Source of the DNA: a virus
Lineage: Duplodnaviria; Caudoviricetes
Length of the DNA stretch: 46,300 nt
Strand: one strand, 5' to 3'
IMG/VR virus record: IMGVR_UViG_3300013006_001934
Coordinates: 1-46,300 of that record
A program made the position numbers and the translations under genes. Below, in pieces: positions 1 to 8,616 of this stretch (within the stretch, counting starts at the first letter, position 1; every line of letters begins with the position of its first letter). The notes beneath the pieces were generated by a model. The model saw only the letters and a list, made by a program, of their open reading frames with translations. It made no database searches and was not told where the DNA came from.

Positions 1-1
1 T

Positions 2-3000
2 GAATATTTTAGCTTCTGCACTTGCAACATAGTTTGGATTTGGTATTAATGTTACTTCTTTACCTTTACTAGGAGTATAATCTATCCTTTTTAAATAAAG
101 ATTAAATTCCATATCTAAACGATCTGTTCGACCTGATACAGAGTTTGCTGCGGCTTGATCAGCTGTATCCCATATAGTTAAATCAACAATACTTCTAAAT
201 AAACTCAAAATCTTTAGGCTAAGTCTTAACCCATATAAATTTTTTGTTAAAATAGTAATAGACTTTTTATAAGTTCTAGATGTTCCATCTTGAAACTCTC
301 TTTTTCCAAAAAGCTTTGTTCCAACCACTTTTGTACTAGTTAATCTTCTCGGTAATTTAACTCCACGAGATAAAATTGTTTCAGGTCCGTCTTGTTTTAA
401 AACTAATTTATTTACATATAGACCATTATTTATTTTACGAGAATAAAAAGGCTCTTCTAATTTTATATTTTCCAGCTCTGTTAAATTTGTATGTCTTGGA
501 GCACAATCTGCATAATCGTAACTCATTCTAACAAATTCAAAATTAAAACTTCCATTCAGCGGATAGGAGTTATCTGCTAAAGGTATTTCATTCCAATAAA
601 TAGATCTAACTTGAGGATGATCTCCTGCATATTTAACTAATTTAACTCCGTTTTTGTAGCCTATATCTCCTTTTGCATATCCTGGATTTGGAATAATTTC
701 ATAATCTACTATTCCTTCTATAGGACCTTCGCCAAGGATATCTAATACAGATATATTAGTTAAAGAAGTAATACCAATGTCCTTAGACTCTTTAAGAGTA
801 TTACCATATCTATAACCATAACTATCAATTTTTATATCTGCTCCTGCTCTAGCGACTAGAGTGCCACAATTTTTTGGAACAACAGCAGATTCTAGAGCAA
901 AGTTTTCATAATAAGATACATATTTGCCAAACCTCCAATTACCCCAGCCGAACTCCTTATGGTATGCTCCCTGATATTGGGATCGCTCGGTGCGGGACAT
1001 ATCTACCCACTTCGTGAAAAGACAAGAATATACATCTCCTTTGCCAATTGTATATGTTGCAAAATACATATAAAAGAGTGAATAAACACTATTAAAAGCA
1101 CAAGTATCTACGAATTTAACATAAAATGGATAAGTTTTTCCATTTTGAGATGGAATTCCATTTGGATATTTAAGATCACCATTAGATAATCGTTCTTTTG
1201 CAGTAGTTGATGTTTTTTCTAAAGTACCCGCTGGCAAGGGTAATGTTGGCGGCCAAATATCCTCAGTTCCAGTAAGAAATACTACTTGATGCTGTACTTG
1301 AGTCGGACTAATAGTTATAGTTGGTATATTTTCTTCTGGATTAGCGCTCAAACCACTTTTAGCTGTATTTGTAGTCTTTACGCTAAGAGTCTCGCTAAAA
1401 GGTGTAGATGCTGGACCAGAACTGCTAGTGCTTGGACTGTAGCAAAGATTACCTAATTCATCTTGGGTTCCACTTTGGGAATATCCGAGACTATAATCAC
1501 CTGTCACTTTTACTTCAACCTCATTCTTTTTTTTGTCTGGATCAGTTAAACTCATCCAAAAACAACTTTCTGCATCTACTCCTTGTCCTGGAGTAAAAGT
1601 TGTACTGGGAACATTTTTTCCTATATATGAAATTTCTTTTGGTTCGCCATCTTTTCTTATTGTTTCAAATTCATTTTTATTTATTTTTTTAAATCTTATA
1701 ATTTCGTCACCAACAGTTCCTAAAGTTAAAGTTATTTTATTATTTTTTATAATATCGTAATTCCAAGACGGTAGATTAAGCTTGCTTGGATAAACACTAT
1801 TAGAATTTTTGTTTGAAAATTCATATGCAGAAAAATTAAATGTTAATGTAACTTTTGAACTCGAGCCTCTAGCATTAGAGCAGCTAGCATAAGCATAAAA
1901 TGTTCCTGCGTGTTTTGGAGAGCCTGTTATAGTTTTGCTAGAGCTATTAAAAGTCAATCCTTCTGGAAGATTAGAGATTCCAATGACCGTATGTTTATTA
2001 TTTAATCCTGCTAAACTTAGATTTCCTACAGATGTATTTACTTGTTCATTAAAAGTTTTAGCACTAATTGTTGGCAGAGTTATTGCACTATTATAGTCTC
2101 CATACAATACTATTAAATTAAAATCTATTCTATTTCCTGCATCAAAACCTGGTCCACCTATAGTAAATTTTAAGTTAGCAGTTTGCATTTCTGAACTTAA
2201 ATTAGATGAGACGGTGCCACTGATTGTTTTAGTAATTGCATTCCATGTTAATCCTAAATTTGCTAATATATTTTTAGTACTTGAATCAAAAAGATCTACA
2301 TTAAATTGAGTAGCTGGTAAATTAGTAGTCAATACATAAGAGAAGCTTTGTCCTTTAAATGCATGTACTGTAGGAGCACTGTTTACATAAATTGGATCAT
2401 TACCAAAAGGATCTGTACTTTTTATTGTTAAGCTTTTGCTAGCTTTAAATTCTTCTAATTTAGTAGTGTCACCTACTTTAACATATTTATTTCCATACAA
2501 AACAGATGTTATAATTCCTGTAAAATATCCAACATAATTAATTTGTCTTTTAGTTAAAGGCATGGTTGTGCTCTGAGTTGCGCCAAAAGTTAATGGATCT
2601 GCAGAACTTGAATCCCCAAGTTTACCAAAATTTGTATAAGTTAAATATGATGCGACTTGATCTAATGTTACATTAAAATTAAAAGCACTGCCATATTTTG
2701 TAGTCGTAATAGCAGCGCTAGTTATCTTTGACGAATTTAATGCGACTCCAGGAGTGCCATACATTACTAATCCATTTACAAAACTCCAAACAAACCAAAA
2801 ACCTCTTGATCTATCTATACCTTCTATCGATACTGAGCTAGAAGTAGGCGGTAAAGGGGTTGAAGTAGTTCCGCTGCTAAAGATTGGATTATAAGCCTCA
2901 ACAAGGTCATTAACATCTGCTGTCAGATTATTTACACCAGGTTTTCCTACGTCATTATAAAGAGTCTGTCCATCAAAGGACATGCCATTTTTTCCTCGCC

Positions 3001-3055
3001 AAGCTAATCCTTCAATGTATTTATTTGGATCGCAATCTTTACATTTTTTAGCCAT
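2..3055 (-). CDS. Tail tip / central fibre protein, lambda gpJ-like, with long N-terminal Ig-containing extension; truncated at window edge
   Basis: Absent from the ORF track because no stop lies in the window. ATG at 3055 (MAKKCKDCDPNKY...) reads open to the edge. The in-frame motif SVLDILGEGPIEGIV (~706-751) matches the gpJ N-terminal motif; He_PIG-like LPEGLTFNSSSKTITGSP; directly follows gpI. Confidence 0.85.
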   Translation of the reverse strand, partial: MAKKCKDCDPNKYIEGLAWRGKNGMSFDGQTLYNDVGKPGVNNLTADVNDLVEAYNPIFSSGTTSTPLPPTSSSVSIEGIDRSRGFWFVWSFVNGLVMYGTPGVALNSSKITSAAITTTKYGSAFNFNVTLDQVASYLTYTNFGKLGDSSSADPLTFGATQSTTMPLTKRQINYVGYFTGIITSVLYGNKYVKVGDTTKLEEFKASKSLTIKSTDPFGNDPIYVNSAPTVHAFKGQSFSYVLTTNLPATQFNVDLFDSSTKNILANLGLTWNAITKTISGTVSSNLSSEMQTANLKFTIGGPGFDAGNRIDFNLIVLYGDYNSAITLPTISAKTFNEQVNTSVGNLSLAGLNNKHTVIGISNLPEGLTFNSSSKTITGSPKHAGTFYAYASCSNARGSSSKVTLTFNFSAYEFSNKNSNSVYPSKLNLPSWNYDIIKNNKITLTLGTVGDEIIRFKKINKNEFETIRKDGEPKEISYIGKNVPSTTFTPGQGVDAESCFWMSLTDPDKKKNEVEVKVTGDYSLGYSQSGTQDELGNLCYSPSTSSSGPASTPFSETLSVKTTNTAKSGLSANPEENIPTITISPTQVQHQVVFLTGTEDIWPPTLPLPAGTLEKTSTTAKERLSNGDLKYPNGIPSQNGKTYPFYVKFVDTCAFNSVYSLFYMYFATYTIGKGDVYSCLFTKWVDMSRTERSQYQGAYHKEFGWGNWRFGKYVSYYENFALESAVVPKNCGTLVARAGADIKIDSYGYRYGNTLKESKDIGITSLTNISVLDILGEGPIEGIVDYEIIPNPGYAKGDIGYKNGVKLVKYAGDHPQVRSIYWNEIPLADNSYPLNGSFNFEFVRMSYDYADCAPRHTNLTELENIKLEEPFYSRKINNGLYVNKLVLKQDGPETILSRGVKLPRRLTSTKVVGTKLFGKREFQDGTSRTYKKSITILTKNLYGLRLSLKILSLFRSIVDLTIWDTADQAAANSVSGRTDRLDMEFNLYLKRIDYTPSKGKEVTLIPNPNYVASAEAKIF

Positions 3056-3059
3056 AAAA

Positions 3060-4379
3060 TTAAATTGATAATGAATTTTGCGACATAGAAATTCCTCCGA
3101 TGTCTTGAATATCTATCGGATATCCAAGATGTGAAAAGTAAAAACTTTTTGTTGGATAATTCTTTTCTCCTGCTCCTACGCCTATTGGAGCTTTACCATC
3201 GCTTTCATATTTATTTGTTCTAGACTGGATTCGATATATTTGATCATAGGAACTAAAGACTTGTTGACTACCAATAATGAGTCTTCCATATCCAATTGGA
3301 ATTGGTCCTCCTTCTCCTACTGTATTCACAGGACCATTAAACGTATAAGAAGGTTCTCCTCCTCCACTACCAGGAGATGCTTCAAAATCTGCAGAAGGAT
3401 TTGCGATTGATTGAGGACTTACCATTGGTGGCGGTTTCATTAAAAGCATAGAAACTCCAAGAGCTACTAATCCTAATATAGCTGGTAATATAGCAGCTAA
3501 TAAACCAAGAGATCCTCCTCCAGATACTGGAGCTAGCATAACTGACATAAATATCATAATTACCATTTTAGCTCCTGCCATACCACCTGCTGCAGCTTTA
3601 CCACCACCACCTCCTTTTCCTCCTCCTCCATTGTGAACAAGTATGTCGTTCGCAATATAAGTATGATTTGTTAACACATGAAAGTTATAAACTTTTTCAT
3701 TTGTATCTTCTTCTATCTTTTCTATAGGCATAACATCGCCACTTTTATGTATAAGAACGTCTCCAACTTTAAAATTTTCTAAAGGAGTGAATCTATTATA
3801 TTCATTAAAAAACCAATGATTACCTGTGGCTCTAATGATCGAGCCATCCCATAATGTAATTTTTAAAATTTTATTATTGTCATGTTCAAAGACTTTTTCA
3901 ATTATGTCAATTTGTATTTCTTTATCCTTATTAAAGGAAAATATTTCATCGCCTTCTTTTAAATCTTCTATATTCTTCATTCCGCTAGGAGTAGATATTT
4001 TTGTACCAGCTGGGAAACATCCTCCACCTCCACCACCCCCTCCGCCTCCTGCGCCTTCTAGCACTGGTATAATATCAATTGTCTTTAACTGGTTTTCAAA
4101 ATTCATAAACATTTCAGATTGAGATAACATTTCAAAATGCTCTTTTTTAACTTGACTGTTCTCTGTTGGCATTTCTTCTGCTTTAGGTACCCATAATGGT
4201 CTATTATTTATTAATATTTCATATTTAGCATTCTTTTCAGCTTGACTTATAAGAAATTTAGTTAATTTTTTCGTATTTGCTTCTATAGCCCTAAAAGCTT
4301 CTGCAACGCTTTTGACGTTCAAGTTCCATTCTTCACCAATCTCTTGGCCCAAGTTACCATGTAATTTAACTTTTACCAT
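3060..4379 (-). CDS. Tail assembly protein I (ubiquitin-like N-domain) with inserted Hint domain
   Basis: N-term VKLHGNLG...SVAEAFRAIEAN...IDIIPVLEGAGG; hydrophobic segment; C-term SYTFNGPVNTVGEGGPIPIGYGRLIIGS typical of gpI; lies between K and J. Confidence 0.9.
   Translation of the reverse strand: MVKVKLHGNLGQEIGEEWNLNVKSVAEAFRAIEANTKKLTKFLISQAEKNAKYEILINNRPLWVPKAEEMPTENSQVKKEHFEMLSQSEMFMNFENQLKTIDIIPVLEGAGGGGGGGGGGCFPAGTKISTPSGMKNIEDLKEGDEIFSFNKDKEIQIDIIEKVFEHDNNKILKITLWDGSIIRATGNHWFFNEYNRFTPLENFKVGDVLIHKSGDVMPIEKIEEDTNEKVYNFHVLTNHTYIANDILVHNGGGGKGGGGGKAAAGGMAGAKMVIMIFMSVMLAPVSGGGSLGLLAAILPAILGLVALGVSMLLMKPPPMVSPQSIANPSADFEASPGSGGGEPSYTFNGPVNTVGEGGPIPIGYGRLIIGSQQVFSSYDQIYRIQSRTNKYESDGKAPIGVGAGEKNYPTKSFYFSHLGYPIDIQDIGGISMSQNSLSI
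3630..4019 (-). other. Hint (intein/BIL-like) autoprocessing domain, 130 aa, no homing endonuclease
   Basis: Block A CFPAGTKISTPSG, block B IRATGNHWFF (TxxH), blocks F/G VYNFHV..NHTYIANDILVHN; next residue is Gly. Confidence 0.93.
4020..4049 (-). repeat. Gly10 tract immediately before Hint Cys1; a second Gly-rich tract follows the Hint (~3598-3629)
   Basis: Mixed GGN codons encode EGA-G10-C; downstream HN-GGGGKGGGGGK. Confidence 0.95.
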
Positions 4380-5118
4380 TGATTAACTCCTTGTACCTTA
4401 AAACATAGCTAGTATGCTTTTTAAGAAAACTATCATATATATTTACACAAGAAAAGGAATTGAAAGGCTGATGTAAAATTAATCCATCACCGATATATAC
4501 TGCCGCATGAGTAGGAAATTCATTGGAGACCCCAGGAAAAGTCATCATTAAACCATCAGATTTTTGTAATTTTACATTTTTATCTAATTTTAAAAAACCT
4601 TGGTGTTTGAAATTGCTCTCATACAAGTCCTTGATATCTTCTAAATATTTAGGATAAACTAAATCTTTAGGAAAACTTATATGTATGTTCTCTTCTTTCA
4701 AAGCGTATTCTTTCATTAATGTAAAGCAATCTGATTGGCCAAGAACAAAAGGTCTTCCAATGTAAGGATTATTTTCTTCATTTGGCTTATGAAAATTAAA
4801 AAAATCATATTTAATATTATATAATATATAATGAATCTTATAAAGATTACTATTATGTTTATCCATTTCACTAAACTCTATGCTTTCATTAACATGAGAA
4901 TGATAGCATCCTATAATTTTACCTAAAATAGAGCAATTTAAATAGTCTTGTGGGGATATCATAAAGTTATTTTTTCTATCGTCTGATCTATTTCGACAAG
5001 GATATATATCGAATTTATATGTTTTTTTGTCTAAATAAATAAAACCACAAATTTCTTCTTCAGGTTTTTTTAAAGCTAAATTTTTAATAGAATTTTTAAT
5101 TTGAATATTGAATTCCAT
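4366..5118 (-). CDS. Tail assembly protein K (JAB/MPN metallopeptidase + NlpC/P60)
   Basis: EEICGFI...YHSHVNESIEFSEMD (JAMM E, HxH, S, D); YIGRPFVLGQSDCF...HAAVYIGDGLILH. Start moved to the ATG at 5118 (MEFNIQ), just after the gpL stop. Confidence 0.9.
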   Translation of the reverse strand: MEFNIQIKNSIKNLALKKPEEEICGFIYLDKKTYKFDIYPCRNRSDDRKNNFMISPQDYLNCSILGKIIGCYHSHVNESIEFSEMDKHNSNLYKIHYILYNIKYDFFNFHKPNEENNPYIGRPFVLGQSDCFTLMKEYALKEENIHISFPKDLVYPKYLEDIKDLYESNFKHQGFLKLDKNVKLQKSDGLMMTFPGVSNEFPTHAAVYIGDGLILHQPFNSFSCVNIYDSFLKKHTSYVLRYKELINGKS

Positions 5119-5119
5119 A

Positions 5120-7429
5120 TTATGCTGCTCCAGGGCTTTGCTGAGATTGGAATTTGCCTTCAACAGAAGGAAATCCTCCAAATGGAAGTATTCCGATCAA
5201 TTGATTTCCATTTCCATCTTTTGGCGCTTGAATTTCCATTTTAACTAAAGGATCGTATTTCGAACCATTGGTTCCATAAGTATCATTTAAAGATAAATTA
5301 ATCTTGCCGAAATTCATATTTTCTTTCCATCTCAATCTACATCCTTCTAGACTCTTAGAGCATGAATCTGCACTCCAGTATAATGTATTTGGAGGAGAGT
5401 TTATGGAATCTGAAGTATGATCCATTTTGCAAACAAAATAAAATTTAATTTGATTTTTTTCTATGTATATATAATTTCCGAATTTATAAGCTGTTCCTTG
5501 CTTCCAAAGAGCTTTATCTATCCATATACCAGAGGTCCTTGCAAGATAGAAAGTGTTGTTTGATTCATCTGCTACTGGTGGTGCAGATTGGAGCCCTATG
5601 CTTTTTTGTGAGGACGATATATTTGTTTTAACGGCTACCCCAGAGTTAGAAGAGGTTACTATTTGATCAACGTAACCATATACTCCTGAGTGAATAACAG
5701 TTAATCTATCTGATTTTTCATATAAACATCCAGCTCCTCGATAAGAGAACGGACAATTTTTAGATAACAAAAGTCTTCCAGGTAATTTTATTCCTTCCAC
5801 ATCTAAAAGAGACGCTAATTCATAAACTACATTTTGAGAATCTTCTTGCGTTTTTCTGTCTATGTAGTAAATGTCTGGAGTTAGTTCAACTTCATAAATT
5901 TCAATTTTATTTTCATCAACTTGGTCTAAGTAAAGTCTACCCATATTGTGATATGAATTATACATTTGAGCATCACCAGTCGTATTCAAGTCGTCTGTTG
6001 CATAATCTGTAGCAATTAAATTAATATTTTGAGTTCCTAATTGAACATTGTCTCCTGTATGAGAAGCTACAAATGTACATCCTGTTGAGCTAATATTTTT
6101 TAAATATTGATCGTATGCAAATCCTGAGGAGCCCCAACTGTTAAATAATAACTTTGGCATATTTGAAAATTGTGTTGAAAATGAAATATCTAATTCCCCA
6201 GAAGTAGCTGAACCAAAATTATAATTTAATCTTAATACTGCTAATTTAGCATTTTCATTAGTAGCTGAATTTGTGCCAGTATAAATTCCAGTAGGTATAG
6301 TTAAGTAATTAATATCAAAACTACCAGTTAAAGATTTTGAGAAAGAAGTGGTAAAACTTGAGGTTGTCTGAGAAGAAATCGAATAATTAAAACTTTGCCC
6401 TTTAGCTTCCTCTATGGATCTAAAAGATAAGAAAGTAGCTAATTCAGAGCTCGATTCAGAAAAAGTGACAGGATAATTAACAGTTGAGCTTGTATTATTA
6501 GTGAAAGCTTTAGAGTCATAATAACAAAGAACTTTAATTTTATTATCTGTTCCTAATTTTCTAAACTCTTTCGAATCGTTTTGTATTAATCGCGTATAGC
6601 CTGCACTTGATGGAATAATAAAATTATCTGAAGAAAAACTGTCTATAATATCAGATGAATTGTTTACTTGTGCATTAACAAGCAAATTAAAAAAATCTAA
6701 AGAATTTAAGTGATAATTGTTCTTTTGAAGATCAATATTTAAAGTTTTTAGTCTATCGTCTGTGCGTAAAAGCGTAAAGATTTTATTAGTAGTCGCAGTA
6801 GTCTTTCTTGTATAAACTAACCATTTAGCAAAATCAATCGGGCACCTTTCTAAAGATCTAACAGTTAATGCATCTCCATCTCTTGAGGCCCAAGGGGTAT
6901 CTGTAAAAGTATTAAAAGGATTGACTCCTGCTGGAAAATTATTTGGACTTAAGTATCTTACAAAGGTTTTTCTTCTTGTCACTTTAGATCCAACAATATC
7001 TTTTAATTCATTTATTTGCATTCTTATGTACTTGTAAAAAGAGTTAAATTCGTCATCTAAGAATTGACTAGAAAATTTAATTCTTGGGGTTGGTATTGTT
7101 CCGTTTGAAGTTATATCAAATTGCTCTCCATAAATTGGAAATGGAAAATAAAGGTTTCCTCTCCAAGAAATAATTCCTCTATTTATATTGAAAAGATTAA
7201 AATCATTGTGTACTCTAATCACTCCGTCTTTAACTGGACCTTCTTTGTTTGGATAAGACACCATCGCTGGTTTAATCTCATTCAAATCAATTTCGTAAAG
7301 AAAAACTGGAGTACTAGGTTCTATTTCATGAATGTGAGAATTTATAGACCTTTGAGCTTCAAGCGCTTGTAAAAAATATTCACTTGCTTGAATAGTACCA
7401 TTCGCATTTATTCTTGGGCCCATTCCCAT
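5120..7429 (-). CDS. Minor tail protein L (lambda gpL-like) with large internal insertion
   Basis: IVGSKVTRRKTFVRYL, DIYYIDRK, YELASLLD, CPFSYRGAGC...DSCSKSLEGC (4 Fe-S Cys), LPFGGFP. Confidence 0.9.
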   Translation of the reverse strand: MGMGPRINANGTIQASEYFLQALEAQRSINSHIHEIEPSTPVFLYEIDLNEIKPAMVSYPNKEGPVKDGVIRVHNDFNLFNINRGIISWRGNLYFPFPIYGEQFDITSNGTIPTPRIKFSSQFLDDEFNSFYKYIRMQINELKDIVGSKVTRRKTFVRYLSPNNFPAGVNPFNTFTDTPWASRDGDALTVRSLERCPIDFAKWLVYTRKTTATTNKIFTLLRTDDRLKTLNIDLQKNNYHLNSLDFFNLLVNAQVNNSSDIIDSFSSDNFIIPSSAGYTRLIQNDSKEFRKLGTDNKIKVLCYYDSKAFTNNTSSTVNYPVTFSESSSELATFLSFRSIEEAKGQSFNYSISSQTTSSFTTSFSKSLTGSFDINYLTIPTGIYTGTNSATNENAKLAVLRLNYNFGSATSGELDISFSTQFSNMPKLLFNSWGSSGFAYDQYLKNISSTGCTFVASHTGDNVQLGTQNINLIATDYATDDLNTTGDAQMYNSYHNMGRLYLDQVDENKIEIYEVELTPDIYYIDRKTQEDSQNVVYELASLLDVEGIKLPGRLLLSKNCPFSYRGAGCLYEKSDRLTVIHSGVYGYVDQIVTSSNSGVAVKTNISSSQKSIGLQSAPPVADESNNTFYLARTSGIWIDKALWKQGTAYKFGNYIYIEKNQIKFYFVCKMDHTSDSINSPPNTLYWSADSCSKSLEGCRLRWKENMNFGKINLSLNDTYGTNGSKYDPLVKMEIQAPKDGNGNQLIGILPFGGFPSVEGKFQSQQSPGAA

Positions 7430-7447
7430 ATTATTTTTTCTCCATTT

Positions 7448-8047
7448 TTATGCAGATACTTCTTCAAACTTAGCACGAATAGAATAATTTTCTTTAAATG
7501 TGAAATTGGTTTCCCATTCTCTACAAACATATTTTGTTCTATAAGACTGTTCTGAATAAATATCTCCTGGATCATAAGCGAAAGCTTGAATTGATGCTCT
7601 TTGCTGTAAAAAGTAAATAATTGCTCTAGCTTCTCTAGATGTTCTTTGATCAAAATTTAGTTGCAAAGTTTTTAAGTCTGGATTTATACTCTTAGCTATT
7701 CTTTGTTCATATCCATTCCCAAACCTAATTGTTGAAACCGCTGGTTTATGTTGGAAGGAAGATGTGTAAGACGGGGTCCAAAGAAATTTACATACTGTTG
7801 ATCTTTCACTCACCCTTACAATGCCTCCCCAATATTCATTGCCCAGATCTGTTCCTGGTTCACTTGCCGTTATTTTTAAATGATCTTTTAAACAATACCA
7901 AACCACATTTTTATATCTTATAATATCATTTTTTAAGAAAACGTAATTTAGAGACTTATTTGCCCAAAGAATCATAGAATCATTTACTGATCCTGTGTCC
8001 TCTGCTCCAAAACTTTTTCGACTATATATTGATGTACCCATTCCCAT
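7448..8047 (-). CDS. Minor tail protein M (distal tail) with small N-terminal aromatic module
   Basis: PAVSTIRFGNGYEQRIAKSINP...IIYFLQQR...AFAY...AKFEEV, gpM signature; upstream of gpL. Confidence 0.88.
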   Translation of the reverse strand: MGMGTSIYSRKSFGAEDTGSVNDSMILWANKSLNYVFLKNDIIRYKNVVWYCLKDHLKITASEPGTDLGNEYWGGIVRVSERSTVCKFLWTPSYTSSFQHKPAVSTIRFGNGYEQRIAKSINPDLKTLQLNFDQRTSREARAIIYFLQQRASIQAFAYDPGDIYSEQSYRTKYVCREWETNFTFKENYSIRAKFEEVSA

Positions 8048-8057
8048 AAATTTTATC

Positions 8058-8549
8058 TCAACTATAATTCAAAATTTTCTGAATCAAATCTTTCATCTCT
8101 TTCAAAGGCATTTGAACTTTTTGACCTTTTTTATAGTAAAGCAATGAGTCTGCTGGACTAATATTATCAATATTAATATTAAAATGATTAGCAGCCCATT
8201 CAAATGCAAATTTCATATTCTCTATTTTTAAATCATCTATTTTTTCTACCTTATCTACAAGTAGTTCACAGTAAAAAACATTTCCATCTGGCCTATGTAG
8301 ATTGTGTTTAATTATTTTATCTACATTTGGTATTTCTGGATGAAGATACTCTGGAAATTCAGCTATATCATATGAATTTAACCTTCTAATAAAAAGCACT
8401 TTTTCAATAGAACCATCTTGAGCTCTTTGAATGTGGTATAGATTGTTCTCTATATACCAATTTATCCAGTCCTTGAAATTGTAAAGCTTCGCTTCTGGGA
8501 TGTCCTCTGAGATTAGAAATGTGTACAGTTCTTCGTATATTCCTTGCAT
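8058..8549 (-). CDS. Hypothetical protein
   Basis: 163 aa ORF with strong RBS (AAGGAGCAAGG); no recognised motif. Confidence 0.7.
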   Translation of the reverse strand: MQGIYEELYTFLISEDIPEAKLYNFKDWINWYIENNLYHIQRAQDGSIEKVLFIRRLNSYDIAEFPEYLHPEIPNVDKIIKHNLHRPDGNVFYCELLVDKVEKIDDLKIENMKFAFEWAANHFNINIDNISPADSLLYYKKGQKVQMPLKEMKDLIQKILNYS

Positions 8550-8616
8550 AAACCTTGCTCCTTTTATATTAACAATTACACTTAAAGGGGTGTAATTCTT
8601 CTAAAAGGTATAAGGT
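8550..8616. promoter_or_regulatory. Divergent control region with back-to-back GTGTAATT motifs (putative late promoters) and RBS elements
   Basis: AATTACAC (8574-8581) and GTGTAATT (8590-8597); each is followed on its own strand by TAAAAGG-N3-AAGG and an ATG. Confidence 0.65.

Noticed and set aside
3630-4019. Ordinary mobile splicing intein
   Set aside because: No homing endonuclease, +1 residue is Gly, and it sits in a Gly linker rather than a conserved active site. Kept as a Hint/BIL-type domain.
8574-8597. Intrinsic terminator hairpin
   Set aside because: It lies between divergent starts, and each arm recurs alone at 9423, so it is better read as two opposed promoter motifs.
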